A DNA stretch of 64,000 nucleotides from an uncultured bacterium (GTDB taxonomy: Bacteria; Patescibacteriota; Minisyncoccia; Phycocordibacterales; Phycocordibacteraceae). A model generated the notes under the pieces. That model searched no databases. It was given only the letters and a program-made list of their open reading frames with translations, and was not told the origin of the DNA. Positions 43,852 to 52,097 of this stretch are shown here, one piece after another. The translations under genes and the position numbers were made by a program. Where the stretch lies: NCBI GenBank assembly GCA_937879955.1, contig CALFMK010000001.1, positions 5,461 through 69,460 on the forward strand, given 5' to 3'. Position 1 is the first letter of the stretch, and each line of letters starts with the position of its first letter.

Positions 43852-44547
43852 CTACGCCGCGGATACCATCTCGTTCTCGTCGCGCAGCACGTAGCCGCGG
43901 CCCCAGACGGTATCGATGTGATGCTTGCCGCCGTTGCCCGAGCCGAGCTTCTTGCGAAGCTTGCAGATAAAGACGTCCACGATCTTGATCTCGGGAACAT
44001 CGATGCCGCCGTACAGGTGATTCAAGAACATCTCCTTGGAAAGGGCGGTGCCCTTGCGTAGCGACAGGAGCTCGAGCATCTGGTACTCCTTGCCGGTCAG
44101 GTGCACGCGCGTGCCGCCGACCTCGACGGTCTTCATGTCGAGGTTCACGACGATCTCGCCGGTCTTGATGACCGAATGAACGAGACCCTTCGAGCGCCGT
44201 ACGATCGCATAGATGCGAGCCACGAGCTCGTCCTTATGGAACGGCTTGGTCATGTAGTCGTCGGCGCCGAGGTTCAGCGCCTTCACCTTCGTCTCGATGC
44301 GGGTGTCGCCGGTCGAGATCATGACGAGCGTCTCGATCTTCTCGGCGCGGAGCGTCCGGAGAACGTCGAGGCCGTACATGTCAGGCAGGTTAAGGTCGAG
44401 CAGGATCAGGTCGTAGTCGTAGGACCTCGCGAGATCGAGACCCTCCTCGCCCAGGTCGGTCGTCTGGACGCTGAAACCTTCCGACATCAGCATCAGCTCC
44501 ACCGTTTGGGCAGTGGCGCCGTCATCTTCGATCTGGAGAACGCGCAT
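43852..44547 (-). CDS. ctrA: CtrA-type OmpR-family response regulator (canonical receiver)
   Basis: [67 protein letters not shown]...[28 protein letters not shown]...[32 protein letters not shown]...[11 protein letters not shown], ending in ..SAA. It reads along its whole length like alphaproteobacterial CtrA as I remember it. Track ORF trimmed to the ATG at 44547 with an AGGAGG SD. Confidence 0.85.
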   Translation of the reverse strand: MRVLQIEDDGATAQTVELMLMSEGFSVQTTDLGEEGLDLARSYDYDLILLDLNLPDMYGLDVLRTLRAEKIETLVMISTGDTRIETKVKALNLGADDYMTKPFHKDELVARIYAIVRRSKGLVHSVIKTGEIVVNLDMKTVEVGGTRVHLTGKEYQMLELLSLRKGTALSKEMFLNHLYGGIDVPEIKIVDVFICKLRKKLGSGNGGKHHIDTVWGRGYVLRDENEMVSAA

Positions 44548-44596
44548 TATGAAATCCTCCTGTTTCCGTTGTCTGGATGGAACGTGTCTGATTTTG

Positions 44597-44624
44597 ATAC
44601 TACGACTACTCCATGGATTGTCAA
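44597..44624 (-). promoter_or_regulatory. sigma70-type promoter of the canonical ctrA-like gene (TTGACA-N16-TAGTAT)
   Basis: -35 at 44624-44619 and -10 at 44602-44597 on the minus strand. Confidence 0.6.
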
Positions 44625-44647
44625 ACGAGCGCACGTGAGGAATAGGG

Positions 44648-44673
44648 AAAGGCGGCCATGCGTGGCCGCCTTT
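44648..44673 (-). terminator. hairpin terminator after the 44675-44974 ORF
   Basis: AAAGGCGGCC-ACGCAT-GGCCGCCTTT. Confidence 0.6.
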
Positions 44674-44674
44674 G

Positions 44675-44974
44675 CTAGGGAGGTGGGAAGAGCGGCAGCT
44701 GTCGTGCATCCTGCGCCGCTCGCGCTTCGGCGCGCTCACGCTTCTTGCTGTTTCTCGAACGCGTCGCGCCCGCTTTCTTGCCGTACCGCTGACGGAGTCT
44801 CGCGACGAGGCCTTCGGGCGTATCGGCATCGGGCCAGCAGGTGCTGTTCAGGAACTCGTTCGCCTTTTGTACGAGCTCCTTATTCGTGAATCGGTTAAGG
44901 TCCTTCGGGCCGTGCCGCCTCCGGAAGCGCAGGTTCCGCTCGAATGCGTCGAGACGCTCTTCAGGGGACAGCAT
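44675..44974 (-). CDS. hypothetical basic small protein ending in QLPLFPPP
   Basis: 99 aa with GC-rich third positions. Overlaps the upstream ORF by 14 nt. A terminator follows directly. Confidence 0.5.
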   Translation of the reverse strand: MLSPEERLDAFERNLRFRRRHGPKDLNRFTNKELVQKANEFLNSTCWPDADTPEGLVARLRQRYGKKAGATRSRNSKKRERAEARAAQDARQLPLFPPP

Positions 44975-45176
44975 GCCGTCTCCTTTTCGGGGCGCGTATG
45001 ATGCCGCGATTCCGGAGTTCGGCGAGGACTTCCGCCACGCGTCTCCTTATATCGGGAGCATGGCGGATATTCTTCCCTTCGATTGCCTTGATCGCCGCGA
45101 GCGGCCACCCGACGCTCTTGTCGGAACGCTGCTTCACGCGGATAGTCGCCTCGGTAAGCTCTGCAATGCTTAACAT
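44961..45176 (-). CDS. hypothetical small protein
   Basis: 71 aa. TTGACA-N18-TATAGT promoter and GAGAGGTG SD upstream. Confidence 0.5.
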   Translation of the reverse strand: MLSIAELTEATIRVKQRSDKSVGWPLAAIKAIEGKNIRHAPDIRRRVAEVLAELRNRGIIRAPKRRRHAVP

Positions 45177-45250
45177 CTGACACCTCTCAAAGATCCAGAT
45201 ATCGTGCTGGAAAAACTATACCGAACGGAGAAAGGGCATGTCAAACCTCT

Positions 45251-45706
45251 CTAGGAAAGGAGGGAATCGATCACCGCCTTCACGGCAGCGCCGTCCGCGC
45301 GTCCCTTAATCTCCTGCATGACGGCGCCCGTGAACTTGCCGGCGTCCTTCTTCTCGGAGATCCCGAGCTCTGCCATCTTCGCCTTCACCACGGCCTCGAT
45401 CTCCTCGGTGCTCATCTGCGCAGGGAGGAACGACTCGATCACGGCGAGCTCCTCCTTCTCGGGCGCGGCGAGCTCGTCACGCCCTGCGGCCGTGAACTGC
45501 TCGATGGAGTCCTTGCGCTGGTTCGCTGCGCGCTTCACAACCGCGAGCGCCTCATCGTCCGTGAGGAACTCGTCAGGCTTGCGCTTCTTCGCGACGACCT
45601 CGTTGGTCATCATGGTAGCGAGCGAACGGAGGGTGCGGAGGCGGATTTCGTCCTTTGCGCGCAGCGCATCAGGGATGCCGGCCTTTATGGTCTGATGTAG
45701 GGTCAT
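45251..45706 (-). CDS. yqeY: GatB/YqeY domain protein
   Basis: LRAKDEIRLRTLRSL...AANQRKDSIEQFTAAGRDELAAPEKEELAVIESFLP...MSTEEIEAVVKA is the typical YqeY pattern. Confidence 0.85.
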   Translation of the reverse strand: MTLHQTIKAGIPDALRAKDEIRLRTLRSLATMMTNEVVAKKRKPDEFLTDDEALAVVKRAANQRKDSIEQFTAAGRDELAAPEKEELAVIESFLPAQMSTEEIEAVVKAKMAELGISEKKDAGKFTGAVMQEIKGRADGAAVKAVIDSLLS

Positions 45707-45733
45707 GCGGAAATCGTACCATCCCCGGGCGCG

Positions 45734-46546
45734 TCAGGCACTCCGGTGCGCATAGGACGCGGGTACGCTCGCGTACGCGTCCCTGGTCACGATGACATGG
45801 TCGACGAGCTCGATGCCGAGCAGGCGCCCGGCCTCGATGACCTGTTCCGTGACCCTGAGGTCGGCCACAGAGGGAGCCACTTCTCCGGAGGGATGGTTGT
45901 GGACCAGGATTACGGCTGCGGCCAGGTGTTCAACCGCCGGACGGAACACCTCGCGCGGATGCACGAGGTTCGCGTCGATAGTGCCCATGGAGAGTATCTC
46001 GTCATGGACGACCTTGTAATGCGCGTTCAGGTAGAGGCCGCGCAGGTGCTCCTTCGGCAGCATGCGCATGTCCGCGACATGCTCGAAGACGTCGCGTGCG
46101 GTCCGTACGACCGGCAGCGCCTTGTCGTTGCGCGCGTAGAAGCGGCGCCCGAGCTCGGCGGCAGCGACCACCTGCATGGCCTTGCCGATAGGGAGGCCGA
46201 TCTCCCGTGCGAGGCGCTCCGGATCGGCTTCGTGCATCATGGCGCGCTCGCCATACTCCCGCGTGATGCGGGATGCCATCGAGAGCACATTCTCCTTCTT
46301 GGTGCCGGACGAGAGGAGCACTGCTACGAGCTCGGCGGTGCTGAGCGCCTTGGGCCCGTGCTCGAGCAATCGCTCGCGCGGACGGTCCTCGTCCGGCAGG
46401 TCGTGGATAGTAAGGACATAGGTGCGCTCGGCATCGGACACGAGGGCATCCATCGGCGCGATGGCATAGGGCGTGAGCGTCTCCATGAGGACATCGTACT
46501 GCGCTTCGTGCGGAGCGCCTGAAAAGAAATCCCCAAAAGATTTCAT
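45734..46546 (-). CDS. radC: RadC-family JAMM/MPN protein
   Basis: DRPRERLLEHGPKALSTAELVAVLLSSG (HhH) and the JAMM motif ILVHNHPSGEVAPSVAD. Start trimmed to MKSFGDFF at 46546. Confidence 0.85.
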   Translation of the reverse strand: MKSFGDFFSGAPHEAQYDVLMETLTPYAIAPMDALVSDAERTYVLTIHDLPDEDRPRERLLEHGPKALSTAELVAVLLSSGTKKENVLSMASRITREYGERAMMHEADPERLAREIGLPIGKAMQVVAAAELGRRFYARNDKALPVVRTARDVFEHVADMRMLPKEHLRGLYLNAHYKVVHDEILSMGTIDANLVHPREVFRPAVEHLAAAVILVHNHPSGEVAPSVADLRVTEQVIEAGRLLGIELVDHVIVTRDAYASVPASYAHRSA

Positions 46547-46676
46547 ATTCTCGTTATCTTTTAGACGTCCGATGTCACTGAAATCGGAAACGGACCAACG
46601 GATACAATAAGGAATGCATTCCCGAACGAGGCCCCTGTCCTCAGGGCTCGATTTCTTCGTCGGGTATACTGGCAGC

Positions 46677-49343
46677 ATGAAAGACACGGCAACGTGGCAC
46701 GCCCTTGCGCTATCGGATGCGGCCGAGTACCTGGAGACTGATCATGTGAGAGGGCTCTCGCGTGACGAAGCGGCGAAGCGCCTCCTTCAGGGTGCGAATC
46801 GCATGCCCGAGCCCGAACGGGATGGCTTTCTCATGCGGCTCCTAAAGCAGTTCGCGAGCCCCATAACGCTCGTGCTCGTGGCGGCGAGCATCGCGACCCT
46901 GCTGCTCTCGCACGTGACCGACTCGCTCGTCATCCTCGCTGCGCTCCTCGTGAACGTCGTCATGGGGCTCGTACAGGAGGGGAGGGCCTCCCGCGCGTTC
47001 GAAGCGCTCAAGGAAGGCGAGGCGCGCTTCGCGATGGTGATCCGCGGCGGCGAGCCGCTGCGCATCCCCGCCGAGGAGCTCGTGCCAGGCGATCTCGTCA
47101 TGCTCTCGACCGGGAACGCGGTCCCTGCCGACCTGCGCCTCGTGGAGACGCACGGGCTCTCCGTCAACGAGTCCGCGCTCTCGGGCGAATGGATGGCGGT
47201 CGAGAAGGATACTGAAGGAACGCATGAGGAAGCCCCGCTCGTGGAGCGCACCGGCATGGCGTACGCGGGGACGCTCATCGCAGCGGGCGCGGGTAAGGGC
47301 ATCGTCGTCGCGACCGGAAGCAAGACCGAGCTCGGCAAGATCGCGCTCGAGCTCGGGAAGAAGGACGAGTCCGTCACGCCGCTCATGCGCGACATACGGC
47401 AGGTGGCCCGCCTTATCCTGATCGTCGTCTCCTTCGTTATCGTGGGAATCGTCGCGCTCGGCCTGTTGCGCGGGCTCCCGCTCGACGAGTCCCTGTTCAC
47501 GGCTATCGCGCTCGCGGTGGCGTCCGTCCCCGAGGGGCTCCCGGCCGCGGTGACGGTCGTGCTCGCGCTCGGCATGGAGCGCATCCTCACGTCCGGCGGC
47601 CTCGTCCGCAACCTGCTCGCGGCCGAGACGCTCGGGACGACGAGCATCATCCTCACCGACAAGACCGGTACGCTCACCGAAGGCCGCATGACGCTCGAGC
47701 GGTACGTCGGGAAGTCAGGATCGGCGGGAGCGGCAGACGACACCGAGCCCGCCATGCTCCTCACGGGCGCGGTCCTGGCATCGAACGCGTACGTGGAGGA
47801 GGTCCAGGGCGCCCCGGAGAGCGAGCGGCTCGTGGTGCACGGCAGGCCCATCGAGGCGGCCATCGTCACGGCGGGCCTCGCGTACGGCGTCGAGCAGCAC
47901 GTGCTCCTTTTGGAGCGTCCGCGCATCGACGAGCTGCACTTCGATTCCTCCCGCCGCTTCGGCGGCATGATCGTACGGGAAGGAGGCGTGCCTGTCGCGT
48001 ACGTGACCGGCGCGCCTGAGCTCTTCCTCGCCTCCGTGAAGACGGTGCGGGACGGGGACGGTACGGACCATCCGATCGCGGGCGCGGCCCTTTCGCACTT
48101 CGAGGACGCGCTCTCCGAAGCTGCCGCGAGCGGAAAGCGCGTGATCGCGGTGGCGCGCATCCCTGCGGGAGACGCGTTCCCGTCTGAGGATGCGCTCCCG
48201 GCGTTCCTCGCGACAGGCTCTTTGCTCGGGCTCCTCGTCTTCTCGGACGTCATACGCCCTGAGGCGGCGCGCGCGATACAGGACATGCGCGCGGCAGGCG
48301 CGCGCGTGATCATGCTCACGGGGGACAATCCGGAGACTGCGCTCTCCATCGCGCGCACGGTCGGCATCGCCACGGACGCCGAGGAGCGCGCCTATACGGG
48401 TGCCGAGCTCTCCGGTCTCTCGGATGCCGAGCTCCTCTCTGTGCTGCGCGAGCATGTCGTCTTCGCGCGCGTGGCGCCTGCCGAGAAGCTCCGCATCGCA
48501 ACCGTGCTCAAGGACGCGGGCGAGGTCGTCGCCATGACGGGCGACGGCGTGAACGACGCGCCCGCGCTGCGCTCCGCCGCCATCGGCATCGCGCTCGGCT
48601 CCGGCACCGACGTCGCGAAGGAGGCTTCGGACCTCGTACTCCTCGACAACGGCTTCTCCGTGATAACGGCGGCGATACGCGAAGGGCGCCGCCTGCGTGA
48701 CAATTTCAAGAAGATATTCGCGTACATGCTCTCGACGAACTTCAGCGAGGTCTCGCTCATCGCGTTCTCGCTCATCGTCGGACTGCCGCTCCCGATCCTG
48801 CCGACGCAGATCCTCTGGTCCAACCTCGTGGAGGGCGGGCTCATGAACTTCGCGTTCGCGTTCGAGCCCCTGTATCCGGACGCCATGAAGCGCGGCCCGA
48901 AGGACCCGGAGACCGCGCGCGTGCTCTCGCCGAAGCTCCTCCGGCTCATCGGCGTGGTGGGTACCATAACCTCGGTCACGCTCATCGGCGTCTATACGTA
49001 TCTCATCTATCTCACGGACCTCGCCCTGCCTGAGATCCAGACGCTCATGTTCGTCGCGGTCTCCGTGAACTGCATCTTCATGGCGTTCTCGATGAAGAGC
49101 TTCGGCACGCCGCTCTGGAAGCTCCCGCTCTTCTCGAACATGTTCCTCCTCGTCTCGCTGCTCGGCAGCGCAGCGCTCCTCTTCGCCGCGCTCTACGTCC
49201 CGATGCTCCAGATGCTCGTGCACGTGTCTCCGCCGACCGTGCTTCAGATTCTGATGCTCGTTGGATTCGGCTTCGTGAACCTCGCCACCATCGAGCTCGC
49301 GAAATGGATCGTGTTCATACGCCCGCAGCGGAATCCGGTATAA
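46677..49343 (+). CDS. P-type cation-transporting ATPase (P2-like, Ca2+/Mg2+ type)
   Basis: DKTGTLT, MLTGDN and GDGVNDAPAL. N-terminal cation-ATPase-N segment and 10 predicted TM regions. Start at the ATG at 46677, 6 nt after TATACT. Confidence 0.9.
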   Translation: MKDTATWHALALSDAAEYLETDHVRGLSRDEAAKRLLQGANRMPEPERDGFLMRLLKQFASPITLVLVAASIATLLLSHVTDSLVILAALLVNVVMGLVQEGRASRAFEALKEGEARFAMVIRGGEPLRIPAEELVPGDLVMLSTGNAVPADLRLVETHGLSVNESALSGEWMAVEKDTEGTHEEAPLVERTGMAYAGTLIAAGAGKGIVVATGSKTELGKIALELGKKDESVTPLMRDIRQVARLILIVVSFVIVGIVALGLLRGLPLDESLFTAIALAVASVPEGLPAAVTVVLALGMERILTSGGLVRNLLAAETLGTTSIILTDKTGTLTEGRMTLERYVGKSGSAGAADDTEPAMLLTGAVLASNAYVEEVQGAPESERLVVHGRPIEAAIVTAGLAYGVEQHVLLLERPRIDELHFDSSRRFGGMIVREGGVPVAYVTGAPELFLASVKTVRDGDGTDHPIAGAALSHFEDALSEAAASGKRVIAVARIPAGDAFPSEDALPAFLATGSLLGLLVFSDVIRPEAARAIQDMRAAGARVIMLTGDNPETALSIARTVGIATDAEERAYTGAELSGLSDAELLSVLREHVVFARVAPAEKLRIATVLKDAGEVVAMTGDGVNDAPALRSAAIGIALGSGTDVAKEASDLVLLDNGFSVITAAIREGRRLRDNFKKIFAYMLSTNFSEVSLIAFSLIVGLPLPILPTQILWSNLVEGGLMNFAFAFEPLYPDAMKRGPKDPETARVLSPKLLRLIGVVGTITSVTLIGVYTYLIYLTDLALPEIQTLMFVAVSVNCIFMAFSMKSFGTPLWKLPLFSNMFLLVSLLGSAALLFAALYVPMLQMLVHVSPPTVLQILMLVGFGFVNLATIELAKWIVFIRPQRNPV

Positions 49344-49350
49344 TCAGGGC

Positions 49351-50427
49351 ATGGACGTCATAACCGTAGTCATCATCGTCGCCGTCGTCATGGTCCTGCA
49401 GGGGGTCGGGCTGTACCTGGTCCTGCGGCGCCGGGAGAACGACGCGCCCAAGGAGGACAACGGCGGCCTGCTTCTGATCCAGAACCAGATGGAGAAGCTC
49501 GAGCGCGCGCTCGACACCCGCATGGCCGAGAGCCAGCGCGCCGCGCACGAAGCGATGCGTTCGCAGAACGAGACGATGCGCAGCGCGAACTCCGAGACCG
49601 CGCAGCTCATCAAGGAGATCACGGCGGAGATCACCTCGGTGAAGGAGATCGGCCGCGAGACGGGAAAGTTCGCCGAGCAGCTAAAGTCCCTCCAGGACAT
49701 CCTGAAGAACCCGAAGCAGCGCGGCATCCTCGGCGAGTACTACCTCGAGACCGTGCTCAAGAACGTGCTGCCGCCTGGCATGTTCCAGATGCAGTACCCG
49801 TTCCCGAACGGGGAGATCGTGGACGCGGCGGTGTTCGTGAACGAGAAGGTGGTGCCGATCGATTCGAAGTTCTCGCTCGACAACTACAACCGGTTCATCC
49901 ATGCGGAGGGCGCCGAGCGCACGGCCCTCGAGAAGGCGTTCGTGAACGACCTCAAGCTCCGCATCACGGAGACGGCGAAGTACATCCGCCCGGAGGAGGG
50001 GACCATGGACTTCGCGTTCATGTTCATCCCGTCCGAGGGCATCTACTACGACCTCCTCACGAATCAGGTGGGCGCGGGCGAGGACGAGAACCTCATCCAG
50101 CGCGCGGCCGGGAAGTACAAGGTGATCATCGTGTCGCCGACCTCCTTCCTCGCGTACCTCCAGACCGTCATGCAGGGCCTGAAGGCCCTCCAGATCGAGA
50201 AGCGGGCCGAGGAGATCCAGAAGCGCGTGGGGGAGCTCGGGAAGCATCTCGGCGCCTACGAGACCTACTATCAGAAGCTCGGCGCTTCGCTCGGGACCGC
50301 CGTCTCCCATTACAACGCCGGCTACAAGGAGCTCGGGAAGGTGGAGAAGGACGTGTACCGCATCGCCGAGGAGAAGATCGGGCTCGAGGTGACCTTGCTC
50401 GACAAGCCGTCCGCGGGGGACGAGTAA
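49351..50427 (+). CDS. rmuC: DNA recombination protein RmuC
   Basis: N-terminal TM, a long coiled coil, and the RmuC nuclease-like C-terminal domain (MFIPSEGIYYDLL...). TATAAT lies 6 nt upstream of the ATG. Confidence 0.85.
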   Translation: MDVITVVIIVAVVMVLQGVGLYLVLRRRENDAPKEDNGGLLLIQNQMEKLERALDTRMAESQRAAHEAMRSQNETMRSANSETAQLIKEITAEITSVKEIGRETGKFAEQLKSLQDILKNPKQRGILGEYYLETVLKNVLPPGMFQMQYPFPNGEIVDAAVFVNEKVVPIDSKFSLDNYNRFIHAEGAERTALEKAFVNDLKLRITETAKYIRPEEGTMDFAFMFIPSEGIYYDLLTNQVGAGEDENLIQRAAGKYKVIIVSPTSFLAYLQTVMQGLKALQIEKRAEEIQKRVGELGKHLGAYETYYQKLGASLGTAVSHYNAGYKELGKVEKDVYRIAEEKIGLEVTLLDKPSAGDE

Positions 50428-50491
50428 TTGACGCTTCTCCGCGCCAGTCGCATAGTGCTCCCGGAATGACCGCTTCGGGGGAGGAATAGCC

Positions 50492-50698
50492 ATGAAGCCC
50501 TTACGTGAGGACAGGCAGGAAGCCATACGGGACAAGGGGATCGCCATAGGCTCGATCGTGAGCTTCGCCGCGGGACCCGGGCTTCCGGCGGGCCGCGGGG
50601 AGGTCCTCGGCATCGACGAGGACGATCTCGGGCTCTATATCGAAGGCCGGAAGGACCCGCTCTGTCCGCTCGAGGTCCAGAAGGTCCTCAGTACCTAG
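50492..50698 (+). CDS. hypothetical small protein
   Basis: 68 aa with SD GGGGGAGGAA upstream. A hairpin terminator at 50726-50750 follows. Confidence 0.5.
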   Translation: MKPLREDRQEAIRDKGIAIGSIVSFAAGPGLPAGRGEVLGIDEDDLGLYIEGRKDPLCPLEVQKVLST

Positions 50699-50725
50699 GC
50701 GCCTATTCGCCGAGATGCGCCCCAC

Positions 50726-50750
50726 AGGCCGCCGCTAACCCCGGCGGCCT
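50726..50750 (+). terminator. intrinsic terminator
   Basis: AGGCCGCCG-CTAACCC-CGGCGGCCT followed by TGCTTTCT. Confidence 0.55.
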
Positions 50751-50787
50751 TGCTTTCTAGGGCCTATTTCGGTACTATACGGGGACT

Positions 50788-51117
50788 ATGGAACTCGCAG
50801 TAATCAAGACCGGAGGCAAGCAGTACGTCGTCTCCCCAGGCGCTCTCGTAACCATCGAGAAGCTCGGCCGCGGCATCAACACCGTGGCGCTCAAGAAGGG
50901 AGATACCGTCACCTTCGACGAGGTGCTCATGAAGGATAACGGCACCCTCAGCCTCGGCACTCCGGTGCTCGCGGGCGCGAAGGTAACCGGTACTGTCCAG
51001 TCGGTAGGCCGCAACAAGAAGGTGGAGGTGGTGAAGTACAAGGCGAAGAGCAACTACCTCAAGCGCCGCGGACACCGCCAGCCGCACATCAAGGTCAAGA
51101 TCGACGCGATCGCGTAA
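50788..51117 (+). CDS. rplU: 50S ribosomal protein L21
   Basis: MELAVIKTGGKQYVVSPG...KVEVVKYKAKSNYLKRRGHRQPH. Confidence 0.93.
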   Translation: MELAVIKTGGKQYVVSPGALVTIEKLGRGINTVALKKGDTVTFDEVLMKDNGTLSLGTPVLAGAKVTGTVQSVGRNKKVEVVKYKAKSNYLKRRGHRQPHIKVKIDAIA

Positions 51118-51123
51118 GCACGA

Positions 51124-51145
51124 GCCGCCCGGAAGGGCGGTTTTG
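51124..51145 (+). terminator. intrinsic terminator after rplU
   Basis: GCCGCCC-GGAA-GGGCGGT followed by TTTTG. Confidence 0.65.
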
Positions 51146-51204
51146 CGTTACGCAGGCCTCGTGGCATATTAGGGAAAGCATTTTGTACAACAGGGAGGAA
51201 TACC

Positions 51205-51447
51205 ATGCGTAGCGAGCGGCTCATGAAAGTCATCGCGATCAGGGGGACCGGGGAGGTGAATATGCCCCTCGGTGAGCACAGCCTGCCGGACGATCTCGTG
51301 CCGGGCGTCACGTTCACGCTCACCGACTATCCCGACGTGCAGTTCACGACCATGAACATCGTTCACGGCGTGGTCCGCGGCCGTGTCGCGGTCGACGTCT
51401 ATGATCGCACATTCGCCGGCAAGGGAGCGCAGGGCGTCGCAGCCTGA
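51205..51447 (+). CDS. hypothetical small protein
   Basis: 80 aa with SD GGGAGGAA upstream. A bidirectional terminator lies downstream. Confidence 0.5.
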   Translation: MRSERLMKVIAIRGTGEVNMPLGEHSLPDDLVPGVTFTLTDYPDVQFTTMNIVHGVVRGRVAVDVYDRTFAGKGAQGVAA

Positions 51448-51451
51448 CATC

Positions 51452-51487
51452 AAAACCCCGCTCGGACATCTGTCCGGGCGGGGTTTT
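51452..51487. terminator. bidirectional terminator between 51205-51447 and recR
   Basis: AAAACCCCGC..GGACA-TC-TGTCC..GCGGGGTTTT. Confidence 0.65.
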
Positions 51488-51489
51488 CT

Positions 51490-52095
51490 CTATGTCTCCT
51501 TCCGGTTCTGGAGCGCCGCCGAGAGGGTAGCGGAATCGGCGTACTCGAGCTCGGAGCCCGTGGCGAGCCCGCGGCCGAGCTCGGAGATGAGGATGGGGCC
51601 GCGCAGGGGCGCGAGCAGCTCGCGGACACGGTCCGCGGTGTGCTCGCCCTCAGAAGTCGCCGAGAGCGCGAGGACGATCTCCGAGAGGCCGTTGCGGGAT
51701 CGCTCCTCCACGACGCGCACGAGGTCGCGCTCGCGGATGGCGCCCTTGCCGGAGAGCGTGAGGACGCCGCCGAGGACGAAGTACCGTCCGCGATAGGTGC
51801 CTGCGCGCTCCACGGCTACCAGGTCCTGGTCCTTCTCGAGGATCATGAGGATAGCGTCTTCCCGGCCCTGGTCCGCGCAGTAGTTGCAGAGGGCGTCCGC
51901 GTTCACGGGCGCAAAGCGCATGCACATGCGGCACTGCGCGACGTCCTGCCCGAGGTTCGCGATGAGGTCGGCGAGGCGGTTCCGGTCGCCCTGCGAGACG
52001 GCGAGAAGGTGATAGACGAAGCGCTTCGCCTGGCGGGGTCCGATGCCCGGGAAGCGGTTGAACGCTGCGGAGAGGTCTTCAATCCGGTCGCGCAT
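51490..52095 (-). CDS. recR: recombination protein RecR
   Basis: FPGIGPRQAKRFVYHLL (HhH), Cys4 finger CRMC..CNYC, and a Toprim domain. Confidence 0.92.
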   Translation of the reverse strand: MRDRIEDLSAAFNRFPGIGPRQAKRFVYHLLAVSQGDRNRLADLIANLGQDVAQCRMCMRFAPVNADALCNYCADQGREDAILMILEKDQDLVAVERAGTYRGRYFVLGGVLTLSGKGAIRERDLVRVVEERSRNGLSEIVLALSATSEGEHTADRVRELLAPLRGPILISELGRGLATGSELEYADSATLSAALQNRKET

Positions 52096-52097
52096 GG

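Noticed and set aside
44548-44829. N-terminal 94-aa extension of the ctrA-like ORF in the track (start at 44829).
   Set aside because: The extension is Arg/Ser/Pro-rich and overlaps a promoter, a terminator hairpin and the 3' end of the upstream ORF. A Met with an AGGAGG SD at 44547 gives the canonical receiver N-terminus MRVLQIEDD.
41759-45250. CtrA binding boxes (TTAA-N7-TTAA or TTAACCAT) in the promoters of the regulator block and of nearby orphan genes.
   Set aside because: Manual scanning found no correctly spaced pair here. TTAA pairs seen elsewhere (for example 63046-63072 and 63757-63769) have the wrong spacing. A computational genome-wide scan is still needed.
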